Assembly (NCBI GenBank): GCA_900088475.1
Contig: FLMG01003874.1
Coordinates: 1 to 64,000 of the forward strand
Direction: 5' to 3'
Length of the DNA: 64,000 nucleotides
From: Hyphochytrium catenoides
Lineage: Eukaryota > Protista > Hyphochytriomycota
Position 1 is the stretch's first letter; each line of letters begins with the position of its first letter. The notes below the pieces were generated by a model. The model was given only the letters and a program-made list of their open reading frames with translations, was not told the origin of the DNA and did not search any database. This document shows positions 25,099-38,196 of the stretch, piece after piece. Both the position numbers and the translations under genes were made by a program.

Positions 25099-25933
25099 TC
25101 GTCGAACTCTTGTAGAATGTGGCAGCTTAAGAGGTTTGAATATCTTGAGAAGATCTTTTACGTGAGTTATACATGTCTCCTGGCCAGTGACGGAGGGAGG
25201 ATGACGGGTCCGTGGAAGGGGAAGAGCGGAGGTCGAGGCAGGGGGAACCTCACAGCGAATTGAACTCGTTAAGCGAGAGCACGACCTCCGACCAGCGTGA
25301 CTAGATTGACAATCCACTTGATGCTAATCCCCACTTGCCTTATAACCCAGATTAAGCTAGTACTATATTGTATCCCAAAGCCCGACCCGTGTCAGGAGCT
25401 CCTGCCCGTCACTTTGTGAAGCTGCGAAGCGCTGCTAAGAAAAGCGCTGCTCCATCGCCCGCTTCACATGTCATAAGAAGGCCTCTGCTGCATGTAGAAT
25501 ATGGGCTGAAGGCTAGAGATGACAAATGATGAGCGGGCTCGCATCCTCCTCACCTGAACGTTCTTGCACAGTACGAGGACCTGGGCATACCATCTCAGTG
25601 GATGGAAAGGCGTTAGCGGCTATGAGGGGCTGATGTTGTTGTATGGCGAGGAGGAGCTTCTGATGATGATGGTTGATGATGGACGATCCACTTACTCAGG
25701 AGCTTCACATAGGAAGGATGGGCTGATGGACGAATGCGGCCTGGCCAGGGATCAATAACGGCCCAGGGCTTCGGCTACTTACGAGTACTTCAACAGCCGT
25801 GAAAGAGCCGCCGCATGAGCTCTGGCCTCGGACTCGAACACTAAGAGAGTCACAAGAAGGCTAGGCACCCTGGTTCCTATGTCCGCCTCCATACTCATAA
25901 CTCTGCTTTAGCAAGCTTGCCCAATTCTTCAGA

Positions 25934-28791
25934 ATGGCCTGCAGAATTATTGCTATGCCCAATCTGGGCTGGCAGCGAAAAAGTTGGGCTCTAAGCTACA
26001 GACAGACCTGGCGGACTCTAACCACAGTCTCTGACGGGGAAAGACTGATTCCTGCGTTCAATAACCAGCGTCATTTGGAGGTAAGGACCGCAAAGGTGGA
26101 CCAATGACAAGGTCAATCGTAATATGTACTGCCCTGGGCATCTAGGAAGTATTCCAAACTGCAATCAATAGCCTGGGAGCACCCGCGAAAGATATCAGGG
26201 CCAGCATCTCCACCGCCAGACCCCTTGCCAAAACAGCTTTAGCCGACTATCAGGTATAATATGCACCTCGAGAGAGAGGCAGCAAGCGCCGCTAACTTCT
26301 CTCCACCCCCAACCCCCCAAAGTGCACAAATGCGTTCCATCTTTCAAAGGCGCTTCGGCGAAAACCCATCGACATCGCTAAGGACTTAGTCGAGCGGATA
26401 CCTCTTGGCGTAGAGAGTGGTATCGCTAGCTTGGACCTCTCCGGCGCAGGTAAAGGGTAGCTCGATGCTATCTAAGCTGCTGCCGAATGACCTCGACGTC
26501 CTCTCGCGCTGGTCCGCGCCCTTCCCCCCTGTCGTCTCTAACCTTCCTCGCCAACGAACCCAACACGAACAGGCTTCATCAATATCACGCTAAGGAACGA
26601 TTGGATAGCTGGTAGAATAAAGGACATCGCCCAATATGACCTCACTCCAGGACAGCACCAAAAGCACAAGAAGCGCATTCTAATTGACTTCGCCTCTCCC
26701 AATATGGGCAAAGAACTGCACGTCGGGCATCTGCGCTCAAGGTAATGGACAAGTCCGTGTCTTGTTAAGGTGTTTCTGCACCTCGAGGCTCTCTTGGCCT
26801 TAACAGCACCACTTCAGCGTCATAGGAGACTGCCTAGCTAGATTGATGGAGTTCAAAGGCCATGAAGTGGCCCGAATAAGCCACGTGGGCGATATGGGGG
26901 CCGCAATATGCTCGACTATTCAGTATCTTTTGGAACTAAGCCCGCAACCGAGGTTCGTGACTGCCACCAAGGAGGAGGTAGAGGCGGATCAGACGTTGTT
27001 GCCCACAACGCAACAGTTAGGGACCTACTATGAGGTGAGTTCATCGGGGTGGAGGAGTCTGTCTCATATGACTGACACACTGTCGTAAAGGAAGCTAAAA
27101 GGCGAGCGAAAGGTGACCCACAGTTTGCGCGGAGAATATCTGACGCAGTACTGAGGCTACAGAAGGTACATTTGAAGCGACATACAAAAGTAAGCAAGGA
27201 CTATCCTCTCTGATATTTGATCTATTGCAGTGGGACAAGAATGATCACGAAATACGGAACTTGTGGTGGGTTATCTGTGAGGCCAGTCGGAGATCTTACG
27301 GGAAACTCTTCAAAAGACTGCATGTCTCAGTGAAGGAGAGAGGTGAAGCGACCTATAGAGACGTAATACCCAAGGTACGGGATCTTACCAGCAAACACTC
27401 GCTTTATCCTCTAGAGGCGGCTAACCTTCACGCAGGTTCTTCAAGAACTTGAGGCATCCTCTCTCCTAGTCCCCTCAGAGGGAGCCAAGGTAGTCTTCCT
27501 TGAAGACCGCGATGGTGCAGAAGTCAACGATGAGAAAAGCGAGCTTCCTCCAATTCTTCTTGAAAAGAAGGATGGCGGTTATCTATATGCTACCACTGAC
27601 GCGGCGGCACTGCGGCAGCGTCTTGTGGAAGATCAGTATGACTGGTTAGTCTACATCACCGACAACTCGCAAAGTGTCCATTTTACACAACTGTTTAAGG
27701 TATGCTTGCATGAAGAAGCTACTTGAGAGGGAATTGGGCGGTGTAACATTGACGCTACTCAATCTACCTCTTAGTTGGGACGGATGGCAGGTTGGGTCCA
27801 TCCTCACCAGCGGATAGACCATATTTCCTTTGGCCTTGTTACTGGTGAAGATGGGAAAAAGCTCAGCTCTAGGAAAGGTAAACATGACGAGGATACCTAG
27901 AGCGCGGTATTACGTCTGGTGGAATTGACAAATACACTGTGTAGGAGTTCCCGTGACGTTAGGGAATCTGTTGGACGAAGTAGTACAAGTAAGTTCACAG
28001 CTCTACTAGGCTTCATGGAAGTTGACAGATATATCACGACAGGCTGCTGGAGAGGTTGCTGCTAAAACTCAAGTCGGCATGGCCGCCCTGTCAGAGACTG
28101 AAAAGCAGGAAATTGCAGAGGCCGTGGGCATAGGCTCGGTGCGATACTTTGAACTATCTCATCACCGTGACCGGAACTATCAATTCTCGTTAGATAGAGT
28201 CTTCGCTGTGAAAGGTTAGTGCATCGCACATGACTTCTGTATTCTCAACTGGCTGACTCCAGCTCCTAGGTAACACCGCAGTGTATGCAATGTACGCGAG
28301 GACTCGGCTTCAATCCGTTCTTGCTAAGTGCCGCCAAACCTCACCAAGTATTACCTGGGAGGGGGCTCTGGACAAGCTGAAAGGTAGAAGATGCGTCCAA
28401 CTTATCCTTTCGTAGCCTCGCTAAGGTTCCGTCTTCTTCTGTTACAGTTGGGGCCGCCGCAGAGTGGGAGCCGGAAGAAAGGTTATTATGTTTGAGACTG
28501 ACGCAGCTACAGGAGGCTCTGGATGGAGTGGAGCAATCTTTGAATCCTCTCATGCTCTGTGAGTATATCTTCGGGCTTAGCACTGCTTTCCACTCGTTCT
28601 ATGAGCATTGTAAGGTTCTGGGGCATCCAAGGTAGGGCAAGACCCATTTTAGGGGCAATTTGTTGTGCTGCGGACTCACATTAGCATCATTACATAGGGA
28701 GGAGCAGCGTCTAGCCATTTGTGCTGCGACGCGTGCTGTTCTTGAGACCTGTTTATCGATTGTAGGCGTGCAGGTTATTGACCGGATGTGA
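25934..28791 (+). CDS. Arginyl-tRNA synthetase, probably organelle (mitochondrion)-targeted, about 13-14 exons
   Basis: HIGH-type motif 'DFASPNMGKELHVGHLRS', 'KKDGGYLYATTD', KMSKS-like 'DGKKLSSRKG', 'GNTAVYAMYA', C-terminal 'DRM*'; Arg-rich, acid-poor N-terminal extension. Confidence 0.92.
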
Positions 28792-28859
28792 GCAGCCCAG
28801 ACTAGGCGCCTCACAATATAAGGTAAAAAGCCCAATTTGCCCAGGCAACGGCTCCATAC

Positions 28860-29719
28860 TTATAAGTGAGCAAGCTCAGCGAACTTATTCTCCGTCTCTG
28901 CCTTTTCTTTTACTAGTTTTGCAATGTCCTTAAACTTAGGATGCGAGGCTGACCCCATCATCTGGTACAGCAGCGACTCTGACGTCGTGATAAAAGCGCC
29001 CAACTCCTTCATGCGCTGGGGAGAAATGTTTAGAGCGAAGCCTCCACAGCCCAGAAATGGCCTCTACTTACCTCCAGAGCAACCACTCGGTCATGTAAGC
29101 GCTGACTGGAGACTGCATCTGCAACGACGTGGACCTCGTGGCCACGCTCAAGAAGATCCAGACAGGTTTGAAGGACACAGACATGAGCCTACAGCAGTTG
29201 GAGGACACACAAAGCCACGTCGTTGATCATAAACTATAGCTTCTTAGTTCTGACGAGAGCTTACCTCAATGCCAATAAGTATAACAGACTTCTTCGGCGT
29301 GCTGTGCGCCTCCATAAATTTATTGACGTCGTCTGTCAGCATTGAGAAAAGTTTCTTCTCGTACACTGGGAAGGTTAGAGATCCCGCTTCATTTCGCAGT
29401 TCCGACACTGGTACATGACAGGTCAGGCCATGTATTTATCGTGAGACCGAAGCCTAACTTACCCGTATGCCCAAGGGCCTGAGGATATTGCTCGGTCCCA
29501 ACTGTCGGAATCCCGAGTACCTGGGCCGCCTTGACCTACGATAGTACTACTTATCAGCTCGTCCCCGTACTTTAAGCAAACGCCCAGGCTCTTGCTTACC
29601 AAGTGTACCGCTGTATTGATCAGTGAAGGGTAATGCGTAATCCTATTGCGGAAACGCTCTTGGATGTCGCAGACGAAGACGACCGAAAGTTCAGAACGGA
29701 TGCGTCCTAGGCGACTCAT
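28860..29719 (-). CDS. Isochorismatase domain-containing protein (ISOC1/2-like), 5 exons
   Basis: '[11 protein letters not shown]', 'TEQYPQALG', 'KKLFSML', '[18 protein letters not shown]', 'ADAVSSQR', 'HPKFKDI'. Confidence 0.92.
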
Positions 29720-30608
29720 AACTCACTTGGGGGGAAGCGATTAGCAGGATGCGACTGACAGAGGATGAAGGTATGACGTTGAGTTGATAGTGCTCTAATC
29801 TTCACCAGACCTTTGACGAATGAAGAGCTCTTCAACCCGTGCTCCAAATCTTCAATCGAGGATTGAAGACGACGCGATTGACCTCAGTTCAATGCTCAGC
29901 GAAGTGATAAGAAACTTCACCTGGTCAACTTTCGCTTTTTCATTACAACAGAGTAAACTTACACCTATTACTGCCAAGAAAGGACACTCTCAAATGTGAA
30001 AAACATGATAATTAACAATCTCAGCTTCTGTTCTTCTCTGGACAATCATTTTGTGTACAGTACGAGTAATGTGCCTTAATTTACAGTGTGAAAAAGAGCC
30101 TTGCTAGCCTCTGGGAGCCCCAACTTATTATTCCTAGACAGACGACTCATTCCATGCCTACACAAAACCTATGGGGAGAAAGCTCTAACTATTGGTCGCA
30201 CGTCTCTATCATCAGTCTCGAAAACTGATTGTCTGCTTCGTTCTTTCCATCCCAGCGGCTAACAAGGCTTTTATCGGGAGCTGGCTTGCCCTCCATCCTA
30301 TCCTCTTTGACGTCTCTGGTCAGTTAGCTGGAGAGTGTGGAGCAGCGTAAGCCATACTAACATCATCGGGTGGATCGCATGGCGGAGATCCCATCCGAGG
30401 ATAGGTCTTTGTCAGCGTCTGTGAAACTTTAAATCTTGGGACCTTCTAGCACATTAGTGGCCAGTCCTGCCAGGTACACAGTCAGAAGCATGAGCCGCGG
30501 CTATTAACTCTCTACAGAGGTAAAGGGGAAGGTAGTCTTCCCTAGCTTCACATAGCGTGAATCTTAGGTCTGCGTCTGGTTACCTCTATCGGGCCTGTTC
30601 TCCAAAGA

Positions 30609-33338
30609 ATGTCCGAAGCAAAGCCAGCAGCTAGGCCAACTATGGAGGAAGCTTTGGACAGTGAAGGGCAGGGTAGGCAGAGGAAGGAGTCCGGGGAGAT
30701 TGAAGCCGGCGAGGTAGTAGTCCCAGCCAGTCGTGAGGCAGAAGAGGAGGCCGCCATTGATAGCAAAGCGAGCCACCAAATCACAAACCCTCCTCCTCCT
30801 TCGGCTAATCATTCTCGAAACGGATCTCCTAGAGCTCCGCCGCCTCCTCCATCTACCAGGGCCGAGAGGCCTTCGAGGTCGCATCCTTCAGGCCATTCTG
30901 CTTCTGCGGCTCCCGGCATGGCATCAAATCGGGCAAACAGTGGGCTCCACAGAAGTGACAGGGACAGGGCGGGACGTGGCACCCCAAGTAGCGGTGGGCA
31001 CTCAACACCTGTTCAGCCTCCATCTGCTACCCGCGGAGGCGCAACGCCAGATGGACGAGGTCGACCACTGCCACCCCGATGGGGCTCTCGAGATATAAGC
31101 TTGTTTGAGATTATTGATCAAGTCGGAGAGGGAACCTATGGGTAAGTATACGTCTTCTTACATCGCCAGGTCGCAGAACAGCACATTTACGTCACACTTC
31201 CCCTCCTCTACCTTCTCAGAGAGGTGTATAAGGCTAGGAATAGGGAGAATGGTGAGATTGTTGCCCTAAAGAAGATCAGAATGGACAAGGAGCGAGAAGG
31301 GGTAAGCTCTTGGCCTGACTAATTGGCTTGGACACATCAAAGGAGTAATCCGCTTCTCCACTATGTTATCAGTTCCCTATCACGGCCATAAGAGAGATCA
31401 AGATCCTTAAGTCCATGAACCATCCGAACATTGTTCAACTCAAAGAGATCATCACCTCCAAGGGTAAGTGGAGAGAAAGCAGCGAGCGCCAAGCATTGTA
31501 GGAGGAGATATTCATTCGTTCAGCTCCAAGCGGTGGCATTTGTGTTTGCTGAGGTCTTTAATACAGAGTCCGCCTCAAGGTGCCTGTGGTGTGAGCTTCT
31601 ATTTTTCTTTTTAGGTTTGTGTGATCTGTTCTCTCAAATGTGTGTGATCTTAGGGAAAAACGGCGATCGCAGCAGCGTTTACTTGGTTTTTGAGTACCTT
31701 GACCACGATCTTACGGGGTTGTTGGACACCCCTGGTGTGAGGTTAACACAGCAGCATGTGAAGTGCTATATGAAGCAGCTGCTCGAGGCAGTGGCCTATA
31801 TGCACAAGAACAAAATCTTGCACCGAGATATCAAAGGTTGTGACCCGATGACCCCGTTGTTAGGCTCATCCTTGCTCAACAATCACTTGCCATCGCTGAA
31901 TAATGCCTTACAGGCTCCAACCTGCTACTAAACAACAGAGGTGAGATCAAGATGGCAGATTGGGGCTTGGCTCGTTCGTGGATTGGCCAAGAGGAGAAGG
32001 CGTACACGAACAAGGTGATAACCCTTTGGTACCGACCCCCTGAACTACTATTGGGCGAGATTCATTACGGACCTGAAGTGGACATGTGGTCTGTTGGGTA
32101 AGTAGAATATGAGTCCATCCGCCACCGGCCATCAAGAGAGTGAGAAGAGCCTCTTCACTGCTCTTACGCTCGTTAATTGGTCCGTGTCTAGACCATTTTA
32201 TCTTGAAGAAAGTTCACTGCTTGCCACTGACCATAGCCCCATTACCCACCTCCAGCTGCCTCTTTGCTGAGCTTTTAGACGGGAAGGCAATAATGCCGGG
32301 CCGAGATGAGATGCAACAGGTCCTCAAATGTTTGGCAGCGATGCCCCGATCCCACAAATTCTCAAATCTGTGGTTGCACCCATGCAGCTTGATCTCATAT
32401 TTAGGTTGTGCGGCACTCCGACTAAGGACAGTTGGCCCAATCACGAGAAGTTACCAAGTTGGCAGACTTGTCAACCGTCAGGAGTCCATCCACGGTCACT
32501 GAAGGACAGATTCAAAAACAATAGAAAGTCAGTCGACAGCCTTTTCTCCTGCTTCTATTCTAGCGCCCACTCTGTCTGCTGCTAAAATAAGGTTCTATGG
32601 CCTTGCTTGCATCTCTCCAAGGGTTGCGAAGAGAGGGGTTGGCTCATCTCACTACTCTGTAGCTACTCAAACATACGATCTGCTGCCCAAGATGTTACTC
32701 TGGGGTTCGTTTGACTAACTAGTAGCTTAGCTTTTCTGCCAATGCCTTAGATCTTCTAGACAACCTCCTTACTCTGGACCCAAAGGCCCGCATAACAGCT
32801 CACGATGCGCTAGACCATGAATACTTTTGGGATGAACCCCTTCCATGTGCGCCGTCGGAGTAAGTGTAGTATAACCTTTACGCTCGTTTTGTAAAGGTGC
32901 TCATGAGCGATACGCTCGCTGTCCAGGCTGCCCAAGTTCAACGTGGAATCAGCTCACGAGTATCAGGCCAAGAAGCGCAGACTAGAGCAGAAGGAGAAAG
33001 ATCAGACGGCCAAAAAGTCAAGGCCTCAGGGTCATGCAGGACCGCCATTCCCTCCCGGAGGAGGGGGAGCTGGTGGTGGTCATGGTACTCACTCACATCA
33101 CCGGTCTAGCCATGGAGAAGAGAGGAACGGGCATTCCCGTGGTCATCACAGCTCTCATCGAAGCCACTATGGTGGGCACCATCAGCGCCATCAAGAGTCA
33201 TATGATCAGCACGGTGGCCATGACCGGAGTCAGTCGTCTTCTTATCGTGGGCATGGGTCGTCAGACCATCGATCGTCTCATCACTATCAGGGACATCACG
33301 ATCACAACCGCCATCAGCAGCAAGGCCATAAGAAATAA
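30609..33338 (+). CDS. Cyclin-dependent kinase of the CDK9/CDK12/CDKC (PITAIRE) class, 9 exons
   Basis: 'QVGEGTYG', '[26 protein letters not shown]', '[14 protein letters not shown]', 'HRDIKGSNLL', 'ADWGLAR', '[18 protein letters not shown]', '[12 protein letters not shown]'. Confidence 0.96.
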
Positions 33339-35091
33339 CAAATGTTTGCTGCAGGCTCGATAGTGAGGATGACCTTGATGTCACCAAGCGAAGGCGTAAC
33401 TCATTATATGGATCCACATGATTATTTAAGTTGAAAGAAGCGTCGTCTCCAAGCTTCACCAATATCACTTTTTCCTAGAGATAGTAGGTACCCGGAGTAG
33501 GGGAACAACCGCCAACAGGCGATGGTCGATATCGCAGACGCCTTTTTGTGGTCAAGCAGTGCAATGTAACTTAGTCACATCTACAGACACAGAAAGGAGC
33601 GGAACGAGATCTTATCGAATGATAGACCTGCGCTTTCCTAAGCCTAGTTGCGTCTACGCTTGTTGCAGTACTGTTAGCAGTGAGCTCCTATTCAAGCAGT
33701 TAGAAGTTATCGCATCCCTCCAAATAAATCCAAATAAATAAATGAGAACGGTCTCCCTAACTAGGGGCATCTTCCTGACATTCCCCCTGCAAGAAGTCGT
33801 TTATGATGGAGTCGCGCAACAGTAAGACTATGGGTCATCAAGCTACTTCTTATCCCCTATGGCCAACAACAGAGATTGGCTTCCTTGAGGGCCTTCCGAG
33901 GACAGGAAGGAAAGAAACAGATGGCTTACTAATAGAAGAACAAGAAGAGAAAGAGACCTTGTACATCATCTTTCATGTAGACGTACAAAAAGATGTTACT
34001 ACTGATGACGTTCAGACTCTGTACTCGAAGTCTCTCTCGCACTGTCTCTGCACTACACCGTGCTGGTCTTCGGCGTTAGACTTTGCAGCAGATGGAAGTT
34101 CTCATGGCACTCTGAAATTCTTGGCTGGACACGAGGACCAAACCTCTAGAAATCCTCTGTTTTTTCCCATGGTTTCTTCTAAGGTCTCTTTCTCTTCTCT
34201 CCCTTCCTACTTCTATCTAGTTCAGTAGTGATGGCTGGTACTTTAACTAGAAGAACTGTCGTCAAGAGCTTGATGAGCACTCGGTCAGCAGGATCAGTTA
34301 TTTATTTTCATTCTTCAGTCTCCTACGAAGAGCACATGTCCAATAACCAATAACCCTGCTACGAGTACAACCTCTCATCAACGAGCATTTCAGCTAACCT
34401 TCAGACCTTGGCCGTTCCAGCCAGTTGTAGGAGAAAGAACCGGGCCTGAGAGGACGAATGCTAGCAGTGATGAGCTTCCTTGCTTGGGAGACTGAACGCA
34501 GGTGATGAATGATGAGGAGAGGGATTGCAAACGGAAAAACCTATTCAGCTGGAGGCTTTGAAACGGGTGGGAAGCTTTCGGGTCTGAAATAATAACGCCA
34601 ATTTTTCCCGAGACAAAACCTCCCTTCAGATACAGTACGGGTTGGAAGGTTTCATTCAAGGCGGAACCTTTCCATCAGCGACTTTCTCATTTTCCATCCG
34701 TTACTCATTCACAAGCAGGTCAAGCCCACTGTCACGCCACCCACGGCCGCTGCAGTCTTGGGATGATGATGGAAACAGAGGGACAAGGCTCGATCCGACT
34801 CTCCAATCCTCCCCTACCTAACAATGGCGGGGATTGAGAAGAAAATGGCATAATAGCCCCAAAGGAAGCTCCGACCGGGGGAAGAAGGAAGAAGAAGGTA
34901 CCAACATTGTCAATCCGGCGCGGCGCCACAAGTAACCGAGAGAAGGAGAGGAATCCAATGTCGAGAGGTACACACCTTAACAGTGCTTGCCACTGCTGCA
35001 GCTTTCCATTGATGATGGCCGTCCCACCATAGCTGCACGGGACGAGAGAGTCTACCGACTACATACTGGTAGAGCGTGAGAAGACTGAGAA

Positions 35092-36893
35092 ATGCGGATC
35101 TTCACGTCCTTCGATGTGGAGCAGACGCAGACGAATCCAGTCTTTCGGCAGTCTCTGCTCGATTTCGTGCTGCTGATAGAACCATCGTCCGCCTTCCAGC
35201 GAAGGCTTCGTAACAGGCTCTCGTCACCTCATTTGGAAGTTGCCTTTCAAGTCTTTCTGTTTTTGCTCTCCTTCTTTGTTCTTCATGACTCCGCGGTAAC
35301 TACAATCTACAATGACAGCAAGAGTGACGACGCGCTGCAGCTTCTCACAGTCTGCATTCAAATGGCTCTGTTGACTCTGGTGCTTGGTTACCTCTCCGCC
35401 CATATGAATGCAGGAATTCTCAAGCTAGTGCGGAATGGCTTCTATTTCTGGATGTCGATTGTGGAGATCGTTGGGATCTGCATTAGCTACGCCGCCATAA
35501 TGTGCTGGACGCCCAGGGCATTCGTTGCTGCATTCAACAAGTTTCTCATCTTAACATGGCAAGTTGGTTATGATGCACTCCCTGTTTCCAAGCGAAAAAA
35601 GTTTCGATGGCTCATTTTATGGCAAGTTCTCCTGGTGTTCGTGCTCTTGATAATGTTACAGCTCCGAATAGTAGTTCCGCCGTGTTCGGAGTTACGGATG
35701 GACTTTCAGGGCCAGTTTTTTGTCCCTGAGAGTTGTGTTGCAAACCGCATAAACGGATTGCCGAGTTTCTCACTGAGGCAGCTAACAGTTAATTGCTGCG
35801 GGACGTACATCTTCCTCTCACTAAGGCTCATCCGCTTCGCCTTCCAGGATCCTAGTTGCTGTGTGTTCATCTGGGCTTCAGTCAGTGCCTCTACAAGCAA
35901 GAACAGCGTAACTGTCGTTGGACGAGGTACACAGACCTTCACCCTCATCTGTCAACAGCAAGCTGGAACTACTATGGAAAAGAGAGACCAGCCTGAGAAA
36001 GTATACACAGCTGCCGAATCGAACAGCCCCGCCCGGTCTTCATCAATAACCGTGTCCCAAACACCATGCCTGCAATCATCCGGGCCGCCGTTGCTTCAGC
36101 CTATGACTCCTGTTGTCATCCTTACTGAGCTGGAAGCGAAGAGGAAGATCGTACATTTGCTAATTGGGACAGTATGGGCCACGAGTATTTGGCGTGGCGA
36201 GAAAGGAGGAAGAAAATCGTCTACTGGATGACGGCGGGAAATAGCTTATGTTTCTATCTGGCGGGAGTCCTCTTCCTTATGTTGGACGAGCAGTGGCGTC
36301 GACCTCTTTCATGCTTGATAGTGGTCCATTCTCTCGTCTTGGTGGAGGTAATGGTTTCGGAATCCAACCTGTTCCTAGCCAAGAAAGTCTTAACGTCCTT
36401 CGAATTCTGGCTGACATCTGTGAAAGTGCTGACGCTTATTGCCGCTGTTTGCTCCGCGTTTTGCTGGCGCCATCTAGTCCTTATGTTATTCGTTCTCACA
36501 ACAAATGCGAATCTCCTCATCGATGCCTACATATCGCCTGTTCAGGGTTTGTTGAGGAGATTGTTACCATTCGGCATAGGATTGGCGCTAATGGCAATGG
36601 GTCTTCTATACTTTCCCTATGCCAGTAATGTTGACTGTGCGAAGAACCGGCTCCTTCTCTCTGGTCAAACAATTCCAGAACTCGAGGCTTGCGAACTCTC
36701 CAAGTCAATCGCCAGTCCAAAAGAGAACTTCTGGCTGTTTCTAGGTAGCCGATCCCTGTCCTGGGCGGAGTTAGGTGTAACCAGTGGGTGGACCAAGATT
36801 GCTCTGTATGCCAAGCATATTCACAATGCCATTCGATTCCCTAAGCGACTACTCCTGATCAAGTCAAGATTACGCAGAACCGATGGCGACTGA
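35092..36893 (+). pseudogene. Two-repeat multipass membrane protein, split by a frameshift near 36130-36230 (pseudogene, assembly indel, or two adjacent ORFs)
   Basis: Hydrophobic ORFs 35092-36231 and 36174-36893 overlap in different frames; the halves resemble each other ('MNAGILKLVRNGFYFW' vs 'SNLFLAKKVLTSFEFW'). Confidence 0.55.
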
Positions 36894-37529
36894 AGCACTA
36901 CTAATGGTAGTCCAACTATATACTTTTCCATAGCAACATGAGGGACCCTACTCTGACCAGAGCTGCCAGCAGGTGCGATAACTCTTGATTTGGGAGGTAG
37001 TTGTTGTACTACCTTGGCAATGGTTAAACAATGCCGCTGCGGCGGGCACGAGGAGAGTCAAGGACGAAGAGCAATCCTATACGGTTACATTAATTGTTAG
37101 CTACTGGCTCTTTCTGCAATTAGGGCTTCGGGCTCCTCGGTACATGCATCGCGCAGAGCTCAATCTCTGTAAATAAAGGAGCAGATGGAGCCGATAATAG
37201 AGTACCTCCTCCTAGAAGTAATTGCCCCGTCAATTGTAAGCATTGGGCACTGCCTGCACCAGACTACAAGATAGATTTTTAGAGAACGCCATGACTCGTT
37301 GCTTGAACGTCTCTGCAGCCAGGACTAGGGGTTGTGATAGAACTATAGAGATAAAGGATATTATTGTGTGGAGTTACTGTGTAGACACTCCTAGGGGAGA
37401 CGGTCTTTAGGAAAATCGCTAGTGTTGGAGGAAACAGGAAAGAATCTGACCGTCTTCACCCAGATATCCTCCAGGTTGGAACGGTGTTCCTCGTACAAGG
37501 CCTCCTGTGTTTCCTATTAGGTCCACTGT

Positions 37530-37552
37530 GATTGGCCAGAGATTGGCCAATC
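37530..37552. promoter_or_regulatory. Tandem/palindromic CCAAT boxes upstream of the sulfite reductase gene
   Basis: GATTGGCCA-ga-GATTGGCCAATC; the second element is a perfect 12-bp palindrome, about 650 bp upstream of ATG 38197. Confidence 0.35.
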
Positions 37553-38196
37553 AGTGAGCGGACTGGTCATCACTCATCATCTTGTCTTTATGAGACCGTC
37601 AAATCCGAAACATGACGATTTGACTAAGAAGTGACATTGCGTGACATCTCCCTATGCACCCGAGGAGAGGATATGGATCTAGAGATCGTAATCTTACAGT
37701 TTAAGAAGTTTAGATGGTGGTGTCGGATGAGATTTGTGAGCTGAAGAAAGTTGAATGACGCCACCTTTCAAGACGCAGTGGGTTTGCAGGGCTATCTGTG
37801 TAAGTAGGGTTAACTCTATGCAAGGACGGCTATGAGTTTACCTATCAGAGGTGTGTGAAGTTGATGGCTGCTGTGTCCTGCGATGACAGGTCGAAGTTGG
37901 CCGAACAACGCTGACGGAAGCGGCAGAAGCAACAAGCTCCGCGCCAACATCAGACCCTCTCTTCCCCCTTCAGGTCACTCTCTTTCTTTCTATGACGGCT
38001 AGACCAGGCTGGCTGTTCCTCATCAGCACTCTCACTCATTCTCTCACTTCCATAAGGATCGTCCAGTCAGCCAAGGGGTCGTGCCCTACACCAGCAATCT
38101 TTTACTCTCTTATCCAACCGGCAAAGGTGGAAGAAGTACCAAAGACTTTCTTTGTCTGTACGGGCTTCCTAGCCGGCTGGTAGAAGCAGAGACAGA

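Noticed and set aside
26807-26815. CCTTAAC U12-like branch point in an ArgRS intron
   Set aside because: The donor is GTAATG (U2-type), not RTATCCTT.
33803-34228. 141-aa ORF downstream of the CDK
   Set aside because: No motif, and it ends in low-complexity pyrimidine sequence; there is no support for coding.
36151-36172. 22-nt mini-intron GTACATTTGCTAATTGGGACAG as the fix for the frameshift
   Set aside because: Removing it enters the third frame, which stops within about 25 codons, so it does not join the two ORFs.
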